Program-made: the position numbers and the translations under genes
Assembly (NCBI GenBank): GCA_900299345.1
Contig: OMJM01000071.1
Coordinates: 1,985 to 65,984 of the forward strand
DNA from: a bacterium
GTDB taxonomy: Bacteria; Fibrobacterota; Fibrobacteria; UBA11236
Direction of reading: 5' to 3'
DNA length: 64,000 bases
In this document: positions 29,404 through 38,823 of the stretch, piece after piece
Position numbering within the stretch: the first letter of the stretch is position 1
Layout: each line of letters opens with the position of its first letter
Notes under the pieces: model-generated
Databases searched by the model: none
Told to the model about the DNA's origin: nothing
The model's input: only the letters and a program-made list of their open reading frames with translations

Positions 29404-30359
29404 GTTTACTTGCCGCGCGGAAACTCTCCACGCATTTTCCCATCCGCGGTGGCGTATTCAAAAAAGCCGTGGGCTCCGTGCGTGCGGTGCATGAAGTTTC
29501 ACTAGAAATCCAAACCGGAGAAATTGTCGGCCTGGTCGGTGAATCGGGATGCGGCAAAAGCACCTTGGGTTTCTCCCTGTTGGGATTGACACCCCCGACA
29601 TCCGGTGAAATCCTGCTAATGGGCTCTTCTATTGACATCCACAAATCTTCCTCGTGGAAACCTTTTCGCAGGGATTTTCAGATCGTCTTTCAGGATCCCT
29701 ACACCTCGTTGAACCCCCGGCTCACCGTTTTTGAATTGCTCGCTGAACCGTTGGCCACGCACGGCTTGGTCAAGCGCAGTGAATTGCGCGAGGCGGCTTC
29801 CGATCTTCTGCGTCGGGTCGGATTATCGACGGACGCGCTCGATCGTTTCCCTCATGCCTTTTCTGGTGGGCAACGTCAGCGGCTGTGCATCGCACGCGCA
29901 CTGGGCCTCAAGCCCAAGCTCATCGTCTGCGACGAAATCGTCTCCGCGCTCGATGTATCCGTGCAGGCCCAAATCGTGAATCTGCTGCTCGATCTGAAAC
30001 GCGAACACGGCTTGTCGCTGCTATTCATCACGCACGATCTGTCTTTGGTTCGTTCCATCGCGGATCGAGTGCTGGTGATGTATCTCGGCAGTATCGTGGA
30101 AACCGCCGCTGCAGCCGATCTTTTCCGCGCCCCGCGGCATCCCTACACGAAAGCGTTGATGGATTCGATCCCCACGTTGGATCGGAACAAGCGGCCAAAG
30201 CCTTTGGAAGGCGAAATTCCCTCTCCCGCCGCCCCACCTCCCGGTTGTGCTTTTGCACGCCGCTGTTCGCGGGTCATGGCCCGTTGTCGCGTCGAACGTC
30301 CGGAATTAGTAGCTGAAGGAAATCGCAGCGTGGCGTGTTTTGATCCGCTACCGCTATAA
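29400..30359 (+). CDS. Oligopeptide/dipeptide ABC ATP-binding protein (OppF/DppF)
   Basis: GESGCGKS, FSGGQRQR, 'HPYT', 'GCAFARRC'; GTGA overlap. Confidence 0.92.
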   Translation: MSLLAARKLSTHFPIRGGVFKKAVGSVRAVHEVSLEIQTGEIVGLVGESGCGKSTLGFSLLGLTPPTSGEILLMGSSIDIHKSSSWKPFRRDFQIVFQDPYTSLNPRLTVFELLAEPLATHGLVKRSELREAASDLLRRVGLSTDALDRFPHAFSGGQRQRLCIARALGLKPKLIVCDEIVSALDVSVQAQIVNLLLDLKREHGLSLLFITHDLSLVRSIADRVLVMYLGSIVETAAAADLFRAPRHPYTKALMDSIPTLDRNKRPKPLEGEIPSPAAPPPGCAFARRCSRVMARCRVERPELVAEGNRSVACFDPLPL

Positions 30360-30362
30360 AGC

Positions 30363-31214
30363 TTACTCCCCAAACACGATTGTCCGATTCCCTGTAATCA
30401 ACACCCGTCGCTCAAGGTGAAGCCGGACGGCCTGCGTCAGGACGCGACGTTCCAAATCACGACCCTTGCGCGCCATATCTTCCGCCGTATCGCGATGCGT
30501 GACACGTGAGGTGTCCTGCGCGATGATGGGCCCGTCATCCAGAACCGGCGTCACGTAATGGGCCGTGGCCCCGATAATCTTCACCCCGCGTTCCTTGGCC
30601 TGATGGTAAGGTTTCGCCCCCGCAAATGCGGGCAGAAAGGAATGATGAATGTTGATCGCCCGACCTGCGTAATCCCGGCAAAATCCCGGCGATAGCACTT
30701 GCATATACCGTGCCAATACCAACAGATCGATTTTTTCACGAAGGAGCAATTCCCGTTGCAAGCGTTCGGCCTCAGCTTTTCCCAGCCCTTCCATTGGAAC
30801 ATGGTGAAAAGGCACATCGAAATGCCGTGCCACCTCGGCAATAGCTGCGTGATTGGAAATGACTGCCGCAATCTCGCCCGGGAATTCGCCGAGGTTCTGA
30901 TTGAGCAGAAGATCGTATAGGCAATGCGGCGTCTTGCCGGCGAATACGGCCACGCGCGGTTTGACTTCCGCATCGTGAAGTTCGAAGGACATGGAAAATT
31001 TGGATCCCAGTTCCTGCAGTGCGGCATATGTGTCAGTCGTATCCAGACGAAACCCAGAACGATCGAATGTCACTCGCATGAAGAAGGTCCCGGTATCCGC
31101 GTCGGTATGCTGATCCGCATCCAGAATGTTCCCGCCCTGATCGCGGAGGAACGTGGAAAGAGCCGCCACAATGCCGGAACGATCCGGACATTTGACCAGC
31201 AGGATGGAAGTCAC
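30363..31214 (-). CDS. purU: Formyltetrahydrofolate deformylase
   Basis: ACT domain 'CPDRSGIVA'; 'NIHHSFLPAFAGAKPY'; 'GVKIIGATAHYVT'. Confidence 0.96.
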   Translation of the reverse strand: MTSILLVKCPDRSGIVAALSTFLRDQGGNILDADQHTDADTGTFFMRVTFDRSGFRLDTTDTYAALQELGSKFSMSFELHDAEVKPRVAVFAGKTPHCLYDLLLNQNLGEFPGEIAAVISNHAAIAEVARHFDVPFHHVPMEGLGKAEAERLQRELLLREKIDLLVLARYMQVLSPGFCRDYAGRAINIHHSFLPAFAGAKPYHQAKERGVKIIGATAHYVTPVLDDGPIIAQDTSRVTHRDTAEDMARKGRDLERRVLTQAVRLHLERRVLITGNRTIVFGE

Positions 31215-32698
31215 AGGTATTTCCCTTCCAGATACTTCAGGAAATATTCGGGTTTCAAATCTCCTCCCGTGGCGCGCCGCAAGAGTTCCGGGCCGGGGAT
31301 TTCACGACCGTGGCGGTGGATTCGATCGCGCAGCCATTCGCGGATCGGCGCAAATTCACCCTTGCGGATCTTCGCGTCCAAGGAACCGGTTTCCCTTTCA
31401 ATGGTCGCGGCGATCTGAGCTGCATAAAGATTCCCCATTGCGTACGTCGGGAAATAACCGTAAAGCCCACAGCTCCAGTGCACGTCCTGCAAAAAGCCCT
31501 CCGCGTCGGAACCAGGTCGGATGCCGAGCAATTTTTCCATTCCCGCATTCCACGCCTCCGCAATGCCGCCAACTTCCAGCGCACCGGAGAAGATCGCTTC
31601 CTCAAGCTCGAAACGCAATACGATATGCAGATTATAGGTGACCTCATCCGATTCCACCCGGATGAATGAAGGCTTCACCGCGGTGACCTGAGTCAGCACA
31701 TCCTCCACAGTCACGCCTTCCAGCGCCACGCCGAAATGCTCCTTCGCCACGAGCAGGTAGCGTTCCCAATAGGGCCGCGAACGTCCCACGCGGTTTTCCC
31801 AGAACCGTGACTGCGACTCGTGCACGGACAACGACACCGCCTCGGCCAGCGGCGTACCCCAATCCTCTTCCGGCAAACCTTGTTCGTACAATCCGTGCCC
31901 ACCCTCGTGCAAGGTACTGAACACCGCTGTCAGCCAGTCATGCTCCGAGTAACGCGTGGTCAACCGCACGTCACCGGAAAACAAACCCTGTGTGAACGGA
32001 TGCGCGCTTTCGTCCAATCGTCCGGCTTCGAGATCGAAACCCATGTCATGCAACAACGCCTTGTTGAAGCGGCGCTGAATCCGCATGGGGAATTCACGAT
32101 CGAGCCAAACCGGTGGTGTCGAACGTCGTCCGCGCTTCTCGAGAATGCGACGCGCCAAGGGCGTCAATCCATCGCGCAACCCTTCCAATACAGGCTTGAC
32201 TGCGGAAACTTTTGAGCCGGGCTCGAATTGATCCAGCAACGCGTCGTAGGGCTTTTCCTCATACCCGAGTCATTCCGCCTCTCGGCGTTTCAGCACGATC
32301 ATCTTTTCCAGCCACGGCAAAAATTCGGAGGCTGCATTGCGCGATCGCGCCTTCGACCAGGCCTGTTGGGACAGCGATCCGGTGCGCGCCAAATCGGCAG
32401 CGAGATCGGAGGGGATCTTTCGTGCCTTCTCCGCATCGCTCCGGAACTCTCGCACCATTGCTTTGTCACGATCCGAGAGTTTCGGTTGTGCAGCGGCATC
32501 CTGAATCAACCCCCAGAAAGCATCCGATGTGAGCTTTTCATGCAGCACTGTGCTGAGCGCAGCCTGGGATTCCGCACGCGCGGTCCCGCCACGACGCGGC
32601 ATATAGGTTTCCTGATCCCAACCGAGCAGTCCTTCGACGGCCCGCAGAGCTTGGAGTTCCTTGCCGGTTTGACGCAATAATGCAACAGAATCACGCAT
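31211..32698 (-). pseudogene. M32 family thermostable carboxypeptidase interrupted by one in-frame TGA (32270-32272)
   Basis: ORFs 32270..32737 and 31211..32239 are in the same frame and read through as REAE*LGYEEKPYDALLD; HEGGH and HESQS zinc motifs intact; full length 495 aa. Confidence 0.8.
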
Positions 32699-32777
32699 AT
32701 CGATTGAAAATAGAATTGCAGGAACCCCGAAAACCATCGTTCCTGAATAGGCCTTTTCCTAATTTTATCCCCCTCAT

Positions 32778-33479
32778 ATGTACAAGTACATCATCATGGG
32801 TATTCAGGGATGCGGCAAGGGCACACAAGCCCGCTTGCTGTGCGAGGCCTACGACTTCGTCCACATTTCCATCGGCGATCAGTTCCGCTGGCACATCGCC
32901 AACCACACCAAAATCGCGGCCAAGGTCAACCGCATCATCTCGACGGGCCGGATGGTGGACGATGATCTTGTCGCCAAAGTGGTGTCTGAGCGTCTTTCGT
33001 GGCACGACTGGAACTACGGTTTTGTGCTCGACGGATTTCCGCGCACCTTTAATCAGGCCGAATTCCTATTCGAGAATTTCAACATCAACGGCGTGATCCA
33101 CATGGAGGCACCGGATACAATCGTGTTGGAACGCATGATGGCGCGTCGCGTCTGTTCGCGCTGTGGACTGGACTATAATCTGATTGGACATCGCCCCAAG
33201 AACGAAGGCGTCTGCGATGTATGCGGTGGTTCTTTGGTCACGCGCAGTGACGATCATGAGGAAGCCATTAACAAACGCATCGCGGACTATCACGCCAAAA
33301 CCGAACCCATGCTGCAATTCTTCCGCCGCCTCGGAATCCTCGTGGACATCAACGCCTCGCAAACCATTCCCAAGGTGCATGACGACATTAAAGCGGCACT
33401 GGGACTTCCCGAACCACGCTTTCTCAACTCGCTGACGTTGCATTCAGAACGCGAACTCGCCAAAGGTCTGCCGTCGTGA
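32778..33479 (+). CDS. adk: Adenylate kinase with a four-Cys zinc LID
   Basis: P-loop [11 protein letters not shown], 'LDGFPR', LID CSRC...CDVC, 'RSDD'. Confidence 0.88.
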   Translation: MYKYIIMGIQGCGKGTQARLLCEAYDFVHISIGDQFRWHIANHTKIAAKVNRIISTGRMVDDDLVAKVVSERLSWHDWNYGFVLDGFPRTFNQAEFLFENFNINGVIHMEAPDTIVLERMMARRVCSRCGLDYNLIGHRPKNEGVCDVCGGSLVTRSDDHEEAINKRIADYHAKTEPMLQFFRRLGILVDINASQTIPKVHDDIKAALGLPEPRFLNSLTLHSERELAKGLPS

Positions 33480-34342
33480 AGGGCATCATACTGGCCGGTG
33501 GCGCGGGAACGCGCCTGTATCCCCTGTCGAAAGTGGCGAGCAAGCAGCTTCAGCCCGTTTACGACAAGCCGATGATCTATTACCCGCTATCCACACTCAT
33601 GCTGGGCGGCATTCGCGATATCCTGTTGATCTCGACCCCCGAAGACGTACCCCGCTTTCAAGAATTGCTGGGCGATGGTTCGCAATGGGGATTGAAGCTG
33701 TCCTACAAGGTCCAGCCCAAGCCTGAAGGATTGGCCCAAGCCTTCATCCTCGGCGAGGAGTTTCTTGCGGGATCGCCTGCCACGCTGATTTTGGGCGACA
33801 ACATTTTCTACGGCAAGATGAAGCTGGACGAGATCATCGCCTCCTTCCAAAGCGGGGCGGTGGTATTCGGCTATCCCGTGACTGATCCGGAGCGCTACGG
33901 TGTCGTCGAATTCGACGCCTCGGGCAACGTGGTCGGCATCGAGGAGAAGCCTGCCAAACCCAAATCAAATTATGCTGTGCCCGGCCTTTATATCTATGAC
34001 GGCCATGTGGCGGAATACGCGAGGACACAAAAACCTTCGGCCCGCGGCGAATTGGAAATTACCGATCTCAACAACCGGTATTTGAAGCAAGGTGAACTCC
34101 GCGTCTCATTGCTGGGTCGTGGCATTGCCTGGCTGGACACCGGCACGCACGCTTCGTTGCTGGAGGCCAGCTCCTTCATTCACACCATCGAGGCGCGGCA
34201 GGGTCTGAAAATCGCCTGCCTCGAAGAAATCGCCTACACGCGCAAGTTCATCGACGCGGCAAGACTGAAGCAAACTTTGGCAGCGATGCCGAAGTCACCT
34301 TACCGGGAATATCTGCTGCAGCGGTTTCCTGAAGCAGGCTAA
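33476..34342 (+). CDS. rfbA: Glucose-1-phosphate thymidylyltransferase
   Basis: '[12 protein letters not shown]', '[17 protein letters not shown]', 'RGELEITD', 'WLDTGT'. Confidence 0.97.
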   Translation: MKGIILAGGAGTRLYPLSKVASKQLQPVYDKPMIYYPLSTLMLGGIRDILLISTPEDVPRFQELLGDGSQWGLKLSYKVQPKPEGLAQAFILGEEFLAGSPATLILGDNIFYGKMKLDEIIASFQSGAVVFGYPVTDPERYGVVEFDASGNVVGIEEKPAKPKSNYAVPGLYIYDGHVAEYARTQKPSARGELEITDLNNRYLKQGELRVSLLGRGIAWLDTGTHASLLEASSFIHTIEARQGLKIACLEEIAYTRKFIDAARLKQTLAAMPKSPYREYLLQRFPEAG

Positions 34343-34349
34343 GTAATCC

Positions 34350-35222
34350 TCAAAACACAATCTTGAATCCTGCAGCAGCGAGTCCGTTCTCGTTGTCAAT
34401 GTTGTTGTTGTCGAAGAGAACGTAATTGCAATAAAGAGCGGCAATATTGGCCCGCCCTCTCAGCAACAGATTGGTGTTAATGCTCCACTTCTGTTCAATG
34501 CTTCCGTTGGCACGGTACCACATGTTGTTGTTTAAATCCGCGTAACTGCCCCACCGTCCCCACCTGCCAATATAATACCGAAGCAGCGAGAATTCCTCGT
34601 AGCGGTAATCGTTGTTCTGTGCCAGCCAGATCGAACCGGGATCGTCCGCGGATTGTCCGAACTTGTGCAGAAAAACTCCCGCGTTGATTTGATAATCCCA
34701 GTGGCCCAGAAAACTTGAAAACGGTTTACGATAGCGCTCCACGAGGAATTGCTGGTACGCGGCCTTGCTTCCAAACCCAAACCGGAAGCTGTTCCACCAA
34801 ATGGAACCGCCCGTAGGTCCGTGATCGATTTCATGGATACACTCGTGGAGCAGCAATCCGCTGATCAGCCACGTGTCGAACTCGTATCGATAACCCGGCG
34901 TGAGAGTGTACCGGATACGATGCAACTTGAAATTGCTGGAATCCGAACTTTCGATGATCGTACTGTTGGCGATCAGCCAATTCGAAACCAAACCCTTCCA
35001 CTTGAAAAAATCCACATAGGCGTAGAAATCCGAACGGTAACCAGGCGCAAAATCATTGCGGGGCTGACGGCCGTTCAGGTACGGGGCAAAGGTGATTTGC
35101 CCGTTGGTGTTCATCAGGACTTCAAAGTCGTCGGAAAGCCAGTGCCAAGCGTCTGAAATGCCGGCCGAGACATGCATTTCCAATGCGAGCAGGAACAGAA
35201 AAAACCAACGGCCAGTGCGCAT
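34350..35222 (-). CDS. Putative outer-membrane beta-barrel protein with an HxCxHxxD motif
   Basis: Signal peptide, aromatic-rich amphipathic strands, terminal F (AGFKIVF). Confidence 0.55.
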   Translation of the reverse strand: MRTGRWFFLFLLALEMHVSAGISDAWHWLSDDFEVLMNTNGQITFAPYLNGRQPRNDFAPGYRSDFYAYVDFFKWKGLVSNWLIANSTIIESSDSSNFKLHRIRYTLTPGYRYEFDTWLISGLLLHECIHEIDHGPTGGSIWWNSFRFGFGSKAAYQQFLVERYRKPFSSFLGHWDYQINAGVFLHKFGQSADDPGSIWLAQNNDYRYEEFSLLRYYIGRWGRWGSYADLNNNMWYRANGSIEQKWSINTNLLLRGRANIAALYCNYVLFDNNNIDNENGLAAAGFKIVF

Positions 35223-35232
35223 ATCCTAAAAC

Positions 35233-35820
35233 CTAGTCCCTGAAGAAGTAAAAATCCTCCTCACAACGCATGAAGCCTAGCGACCGCATCTTACTTCTCC
35301 ACCACGTCTTCGATTCGAACGTCCGGACCCCGGTATGAGGGCCGCTGCGGTTCCCGTCGTAGTTCTTTGCGTCCACCAGCAAGCACACCACCCCGGAACA
35401 GACGCGGCGCACGTTCTTCAAATAGCGATCGCGTCGGCGGGGAGGCAGGTATTGCGCCACGCACTCCACCACCACATCGTACGAGCCCGCCTTGATATTC
35501 CGGATTTCCCGGGTTGCGTCTGCGTTCCTGATGCGGGCCCTTAACTTCGGATCCCGGATTCGGGCAAGGATGTAGGGCGAGTTCTCAACCCCGCACGCGT
35601 TGAGGCCGCGGCGCAACGCCTTTTGCAGCAAACGACCGTCGGCCGCGCCAAGGTCCAGAAAAGTTTCAGGGACTTTCCCGAAACGCTTCTGATAGATCCG
35701 GAAGATGTCGGGAAGTGAAAAGGTATGGTATTGCCAGGTCTTGGAATAATCCGTTTTCCGGTATCCCGGGGCATTAGCGCCGTAGCGGGCAAAGTACTCT
35801 TCGCCCAGTGGGCGGCTCAT
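35233..35820 (-). CDS. Class I SAM-dependent methyltransferase
   Basis: Motif I 'FLDLGAADG', 'GVE', 'YDVVV'. Confidence 0.8.
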   Translation of the reverse strand: MSRPLGEEYFARYGANAPGYRKTDYSKTWQYHTFSLPDIFRIYQKRFGKVPETFLDLGAADGRLLQKALRRGLNACGVENSPYILARIRDPKLRARIRNADATREIRNIKAGSYDVVVECVAQYLPPRRRDRYLKNVRRVCSGVVCLLVDAKNYDGNRSGPHTGVRTFESKTWWRSKMRSLGFMRCEEDFYFFRD

Positions 35821-36392
35821 CAGCCCAACTTCTTCAACGCCTCGGTCACGGTCACGGGCGCTTTCGCCTTCACGTGCACGATGAAGCGCTGCTTGACATC
35901 CGGTTCACGGGTGAGCGTATAACCACCCGTGCCATAGACCTTGTTCAGCAGTGCTTCGAGTTCGGGCTTTAGCGCGGCCAGGGTCGCATCGTTATTCGGC
36001 GCGATGGCACGGTTGTTGACAATGAACTTGAGATCCCCTGCAACAAACTTCGGCTTGTTCTTGAATGTGGCATCGGATTCCAACATAGCCGCGTGCTTCA
36101 GCAGTGAAGACAGCGATTCGTTCAGTTTTTCCGGGTTCGAACCTTCCGCAGCGGGCTGACGTCGCTCGTAGAGCAAGCCCAGCCGCTTGCCCACGGCATC
36201 CAACGAATAGCACACCGCGTGGCCTGACAGGAAAATCACCGGGCCATCCTGCACGTGGCTGTAATCCGCCACGTCCACGAAGACCTCGGGGCTGTCCGGA
36301 ATCCACGTTCCAAAAACCTTGAACCATTCATGTGCATCGGCTGAGTAGCCGTCCGCAAGATGAATTTTCCACTGAATGTTCTGCAAGTCCAT
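35820..36392 (-). CDS. Hypothetical protein translationally coupled to the nitrite/sulfite reductase
   Basis: 190-aa ORF with typical codon usage; TGATG overlaps on both sides; 'VDVADYSHVQDGP' core. Confidence 0.75.
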   Translation of the reverse strand: MDLQNIQWKIHLADGYSADAHEWFKVFGTWIPDSPEVFVDVADYSHVQDGPVIFLSGHAVCYSLDAVGKRLGLLYERRQPAAEGSNPEKLNESLSSLLKHAAMLESDATFKNKPKFVAGDLKFIVNNRAIAPNNDATLAALKPELEALLNKVYGTGGYTLTREPDVKQRFIVHVKAKAPVTVTEALKKLG

Positions 36393-38665
36393 CAGGCCAC
36401 CGCTTCCTTGGTTTCAGTCAGGCTCATGCGGGCATAGCAACTGTGACAGGCCTCGACAAAAAGCTGCGCCTCGTGCAACAACAGCGAGGTCTTGTCCTTG
36501 TCCAATCCCTGCCCGCGATGTCCGTGAGCTTGGAAGTAATACTGCGCGAACTTCGGACCCGCATAAGGATCGTTGAACACGCCCGTGTCATGAAATTCCT
36601 TGGTAAAGCGTTCCATCACCACATCGGCATTCTCCGGTACGTCCGGATCCTTGCCTTTGAGCAGACCTTGCGCAGCCAGCACCATGGCGCGATACGCGCG
36701 GGATCCGGCGGAAGTCGCATCGCCACCTTCGAACCGCAATTGCGCATCGAAGAGTTCGCGATCCGCAGCCTTGAGGCCGAAATCCGTGAGGGTCACGATT
36801 TCGCCCGCGCACTCGCCAATGCCCTTGTCCTTCACGGAATACTCGCGCACGTCGCCCCAATCCACGTAAAAGGACTTGTCCTTCTCATAAGCCGGAACCT
36901 CGAGCAGGTCTTGCAGGCTTTGCATGATGGTGGCTTTGCCGGTGCGTTCCACCCATGTGCGGAAGTTCTCGTCCTTGTTGCGACTTTCGAGATACAGCCC
37001 GGTGAGACGCTCCACCACCGCAGGCACAGCCTTGGAAGCGATGCCGCCCACGCCGATGCCATACGCGCCGCCGTTGTTCTGGAACTGGCCGCCGAGCACC
37101 ATCTGGAAATGAGGGACCACATAACCTCCCACGTTGCGGGAGATGCCGTAGAAACCAATGTCCGCGATATGGTGGTGCGAACAGGAATTGAAGCAGCCGG
37201 AGATCTTGATGCGCAGATCGCGAATCGCCGGATCGATGGCTGCTCCTTTGGCATACAGCCGACTGCGCATCTCGCCCGCCAACCCACGCGAGGAGGAAAC
37301 CCCCAATTTGCAGGTATCGGTGCCAGGGCAGGCCGTGACGTCGAGGATGGATTCCGCTCCGGGCAGATGAAGACCGACCGCCTTGAGCTCGGCGTAAAGC
37401 GCCGCCACGTCGTTCTCGCTCACCCAGCGCAGCAACAGATTCTGCTCCGCGACGGTGCGCACCGTGTCGTTGATGTACTTGCGGCAGATGTCCGCGAGAT
37501 TGCGCATCTGATTGGAAGTGATGTCGCCGAGCGGCAGGGTGACCAGCACCGCGACATAACCCTTTTGTTTCTGCGGCTTGACATTGGTCTTGACCCAGAA
37601 ATCAAAAGCCGCGTCACCAGTGCATTTCAAGCCGGATCCGGCCGGGCGCGAAGGTTTCTCATCCAGTTTGTTCAGATCCTTCAGATACGCCGTCCAGCGA
37701 GGATCGTGTGGCAGCTTGGCGCGTTCCTCGATCACCATGTCTCGAAATTTCTCAAACCCGAGATCCGCAATCAGGAACTTGATGCGCGCACGATGCCGCT
37801 TCTTTTTCTCGCCGTGGCGCGCATAGATGCGGCACACCGCCTGCGACAACGGCAGGATTTCTTCCTCGGAAACAAAATCGCTGAACAGCTTGGCCGCGTA
37901 CGGAACCGCACCAAGACCGCCGCCCACGTAGAATTCGAAACCGCGCTTGCCATCCTTGATGCGGGCGATGAGTCCCAGGTCGTGAATGTTGACGAGACCG
38001 GAGGAACCCTCCTTGTCGCCAGATAGTGCGATCTTGAACTTGCGGCCGAAATCCTGCGCGTCGGGATGACCCAGCAGGAATTCAAAGATGGCCTGCGCAT
38101 AGGGAGTGACGTCGAAGGCTTCGGTCGGTGAAACGCCTGTCATCGGATCGGCGGACACATTGCGCACCGCGTTGCCACAGGCTTCACGCGTGGTGATACC
38201 CAGAGCGCCGAGGCGGCGATACATGGAAGGGCAATTCTCGATGTGGATGTAATGAAGTTGAATCGCCTGACGCGTGGTGATGTGACAAATGCCGTCGCTG
38301 TACTCTTCGGCGAGATCCGCGAACAAATCCATCTGGTCGGGAGTCAGACCGCCCCACGGCAGCTTGATGCGCTGCATGCCCGGAGCATCCCAGTAAGTTT
38401 CCGGTCCTTTGAACTCCTCCGGGAACGGAATGTCGCGGACGGTCTTGCCGTCGTAGCGATGGCCATTGTCGTAACGTTGCCCATAGGCGCCCATACGCAA
38501 CCGCGTTTCGGCGAACAACTTGTGATCGACCTTGCCCATTTTTTTCAGCGTAATGTCAGCTTCGAATTCGTCGACGTTCTTGCGCCATTCGGAAGGAAGA
38601 CGATCGCTGAGCGTGTCCCTCCAGTATTTGGCAGCGGCGCTGGTATAAAGTTCCTGTTTGCTCAT
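36392..38665 (-). CDS. Ferredoxin-dependent nitrite/sulfite reductase (siroheme-[4Fe-4S]) with a C-terminal HEPN-like extension
   Basis: 'HITTRQ', 'REACGNAVRN', 'CPGTDTC' and 'SGCFNSC' ligands, 'DWG...GECAGE' then a helical tail. Confidence 0.88.
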   Translation of the reverse strand: MSKQELYTSAAAKYWRDTLSDRLPSEWRKNVDEFEADITLKKMGKVDHKLFAETRLRMGAYGQRYDNGHRYDGKTVRDIPFPEEFKGPETYWDAPGMQRIKLPWGGLTPDQMDLFADLAEEYSDGICHITTRQAIQLHYIHIENCPSMYRRLGALGITTREACGNAVRNVSADPMTGVSPTEAFDVTPYAQAIFEFLLGHPDAQDFGRKFKIALSGDKEGSSGLVNIHDLGLIARIKDGKRGFEFYVGGGLGAVPYAAKLFSDFVSEEEILPLSQAVCRIYARHGEKKKRHRARIKFLIADLGFEKFRDMVIEERAKLPHDPRWTAYLKDLNKLDEKPSRPAGSGLKCTGDAAFDFWVKTNVKPQKQKGYVAVLVTLPLGDITSNQMRNLADICRKYINDTVRTVAEQNLLLRWVSENDVAALYAELKAVGLHLPGAESILDVTACPGTDTCKLGVSSSRGLAGEMRSRLYAKGAAIDPAIRDLRIKISGCFNSCSHHHIADIGFYGISRNVGGYVVPHFQMVLGGQFQNNGGAYGIGVGGIASKAVPAVVERLTGLYLESRNKDENFRTWVERTGKATIMQSLQDLLEVPAYEKDKSFYVDWGDVREYSVKDKGIGECAGEIVTLTDFGLKAADRELFDAQLRFEGGDATSAGSRAYRAMVLAAQGLLKGKDPDVPENADVVMERFTKEFHDTGVFNDPYAGPKFAQYYFQAHGHRGQGLDKDKTSLLLHEAQLFVEACHSCYARMSLTETKEAVA

Positions 38666-38741
38666 GGTTCCCCCTGCGGGATTTCTTATTCCTAGTAGTT
38701 TATAAGGTTAATAGCTTGAAACCAATTCGACAACCCATTAT

Positions 38742-38755
38742 TTGATAAAAATTAA
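38742..38755. promoter_or_regulatory. Fnr/Crp-like box upstream of the reductase
   Basis: TTGAT-AAAA-ATTAA, 9/10 to TTGAT-N4-ATCAA, in an AT-rich region. Confidence 0.35.
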
Positions 38756-38774
38756 AGGACTTTTCACAATAAAA

Positions 38775-38799
38775 AAATCATACTTAAAAAGTATGATTT
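38775..38799. other. Perfect 10-5-10 inverted repeat (nadE terminator or an operator)
   Basis: AAATCATACT-taaaa-AGTATGATTT; followed by a T-run on the minus strand. Confidence 0.45.
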
Positions 38800-38823
38800 A
38801 AGGGATTTAACAAAAAGCGAGCA

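Noticed and set aside
32240-32272. TGA reassignment (genetic code 4/25) to explain the M32 stop
   Set aside because: Many genes here end in TGA with ATGA/TGATG coupling to the next gene
36332-38026. 564-aa plus-strand ORF opposite the reductase (also long antisense ORFs such as 45979..47166 and 11754..12548)
   Set aside because: Shadow frames of well-supported genes in GC-rich DNA; no RBS or recognisable motifs
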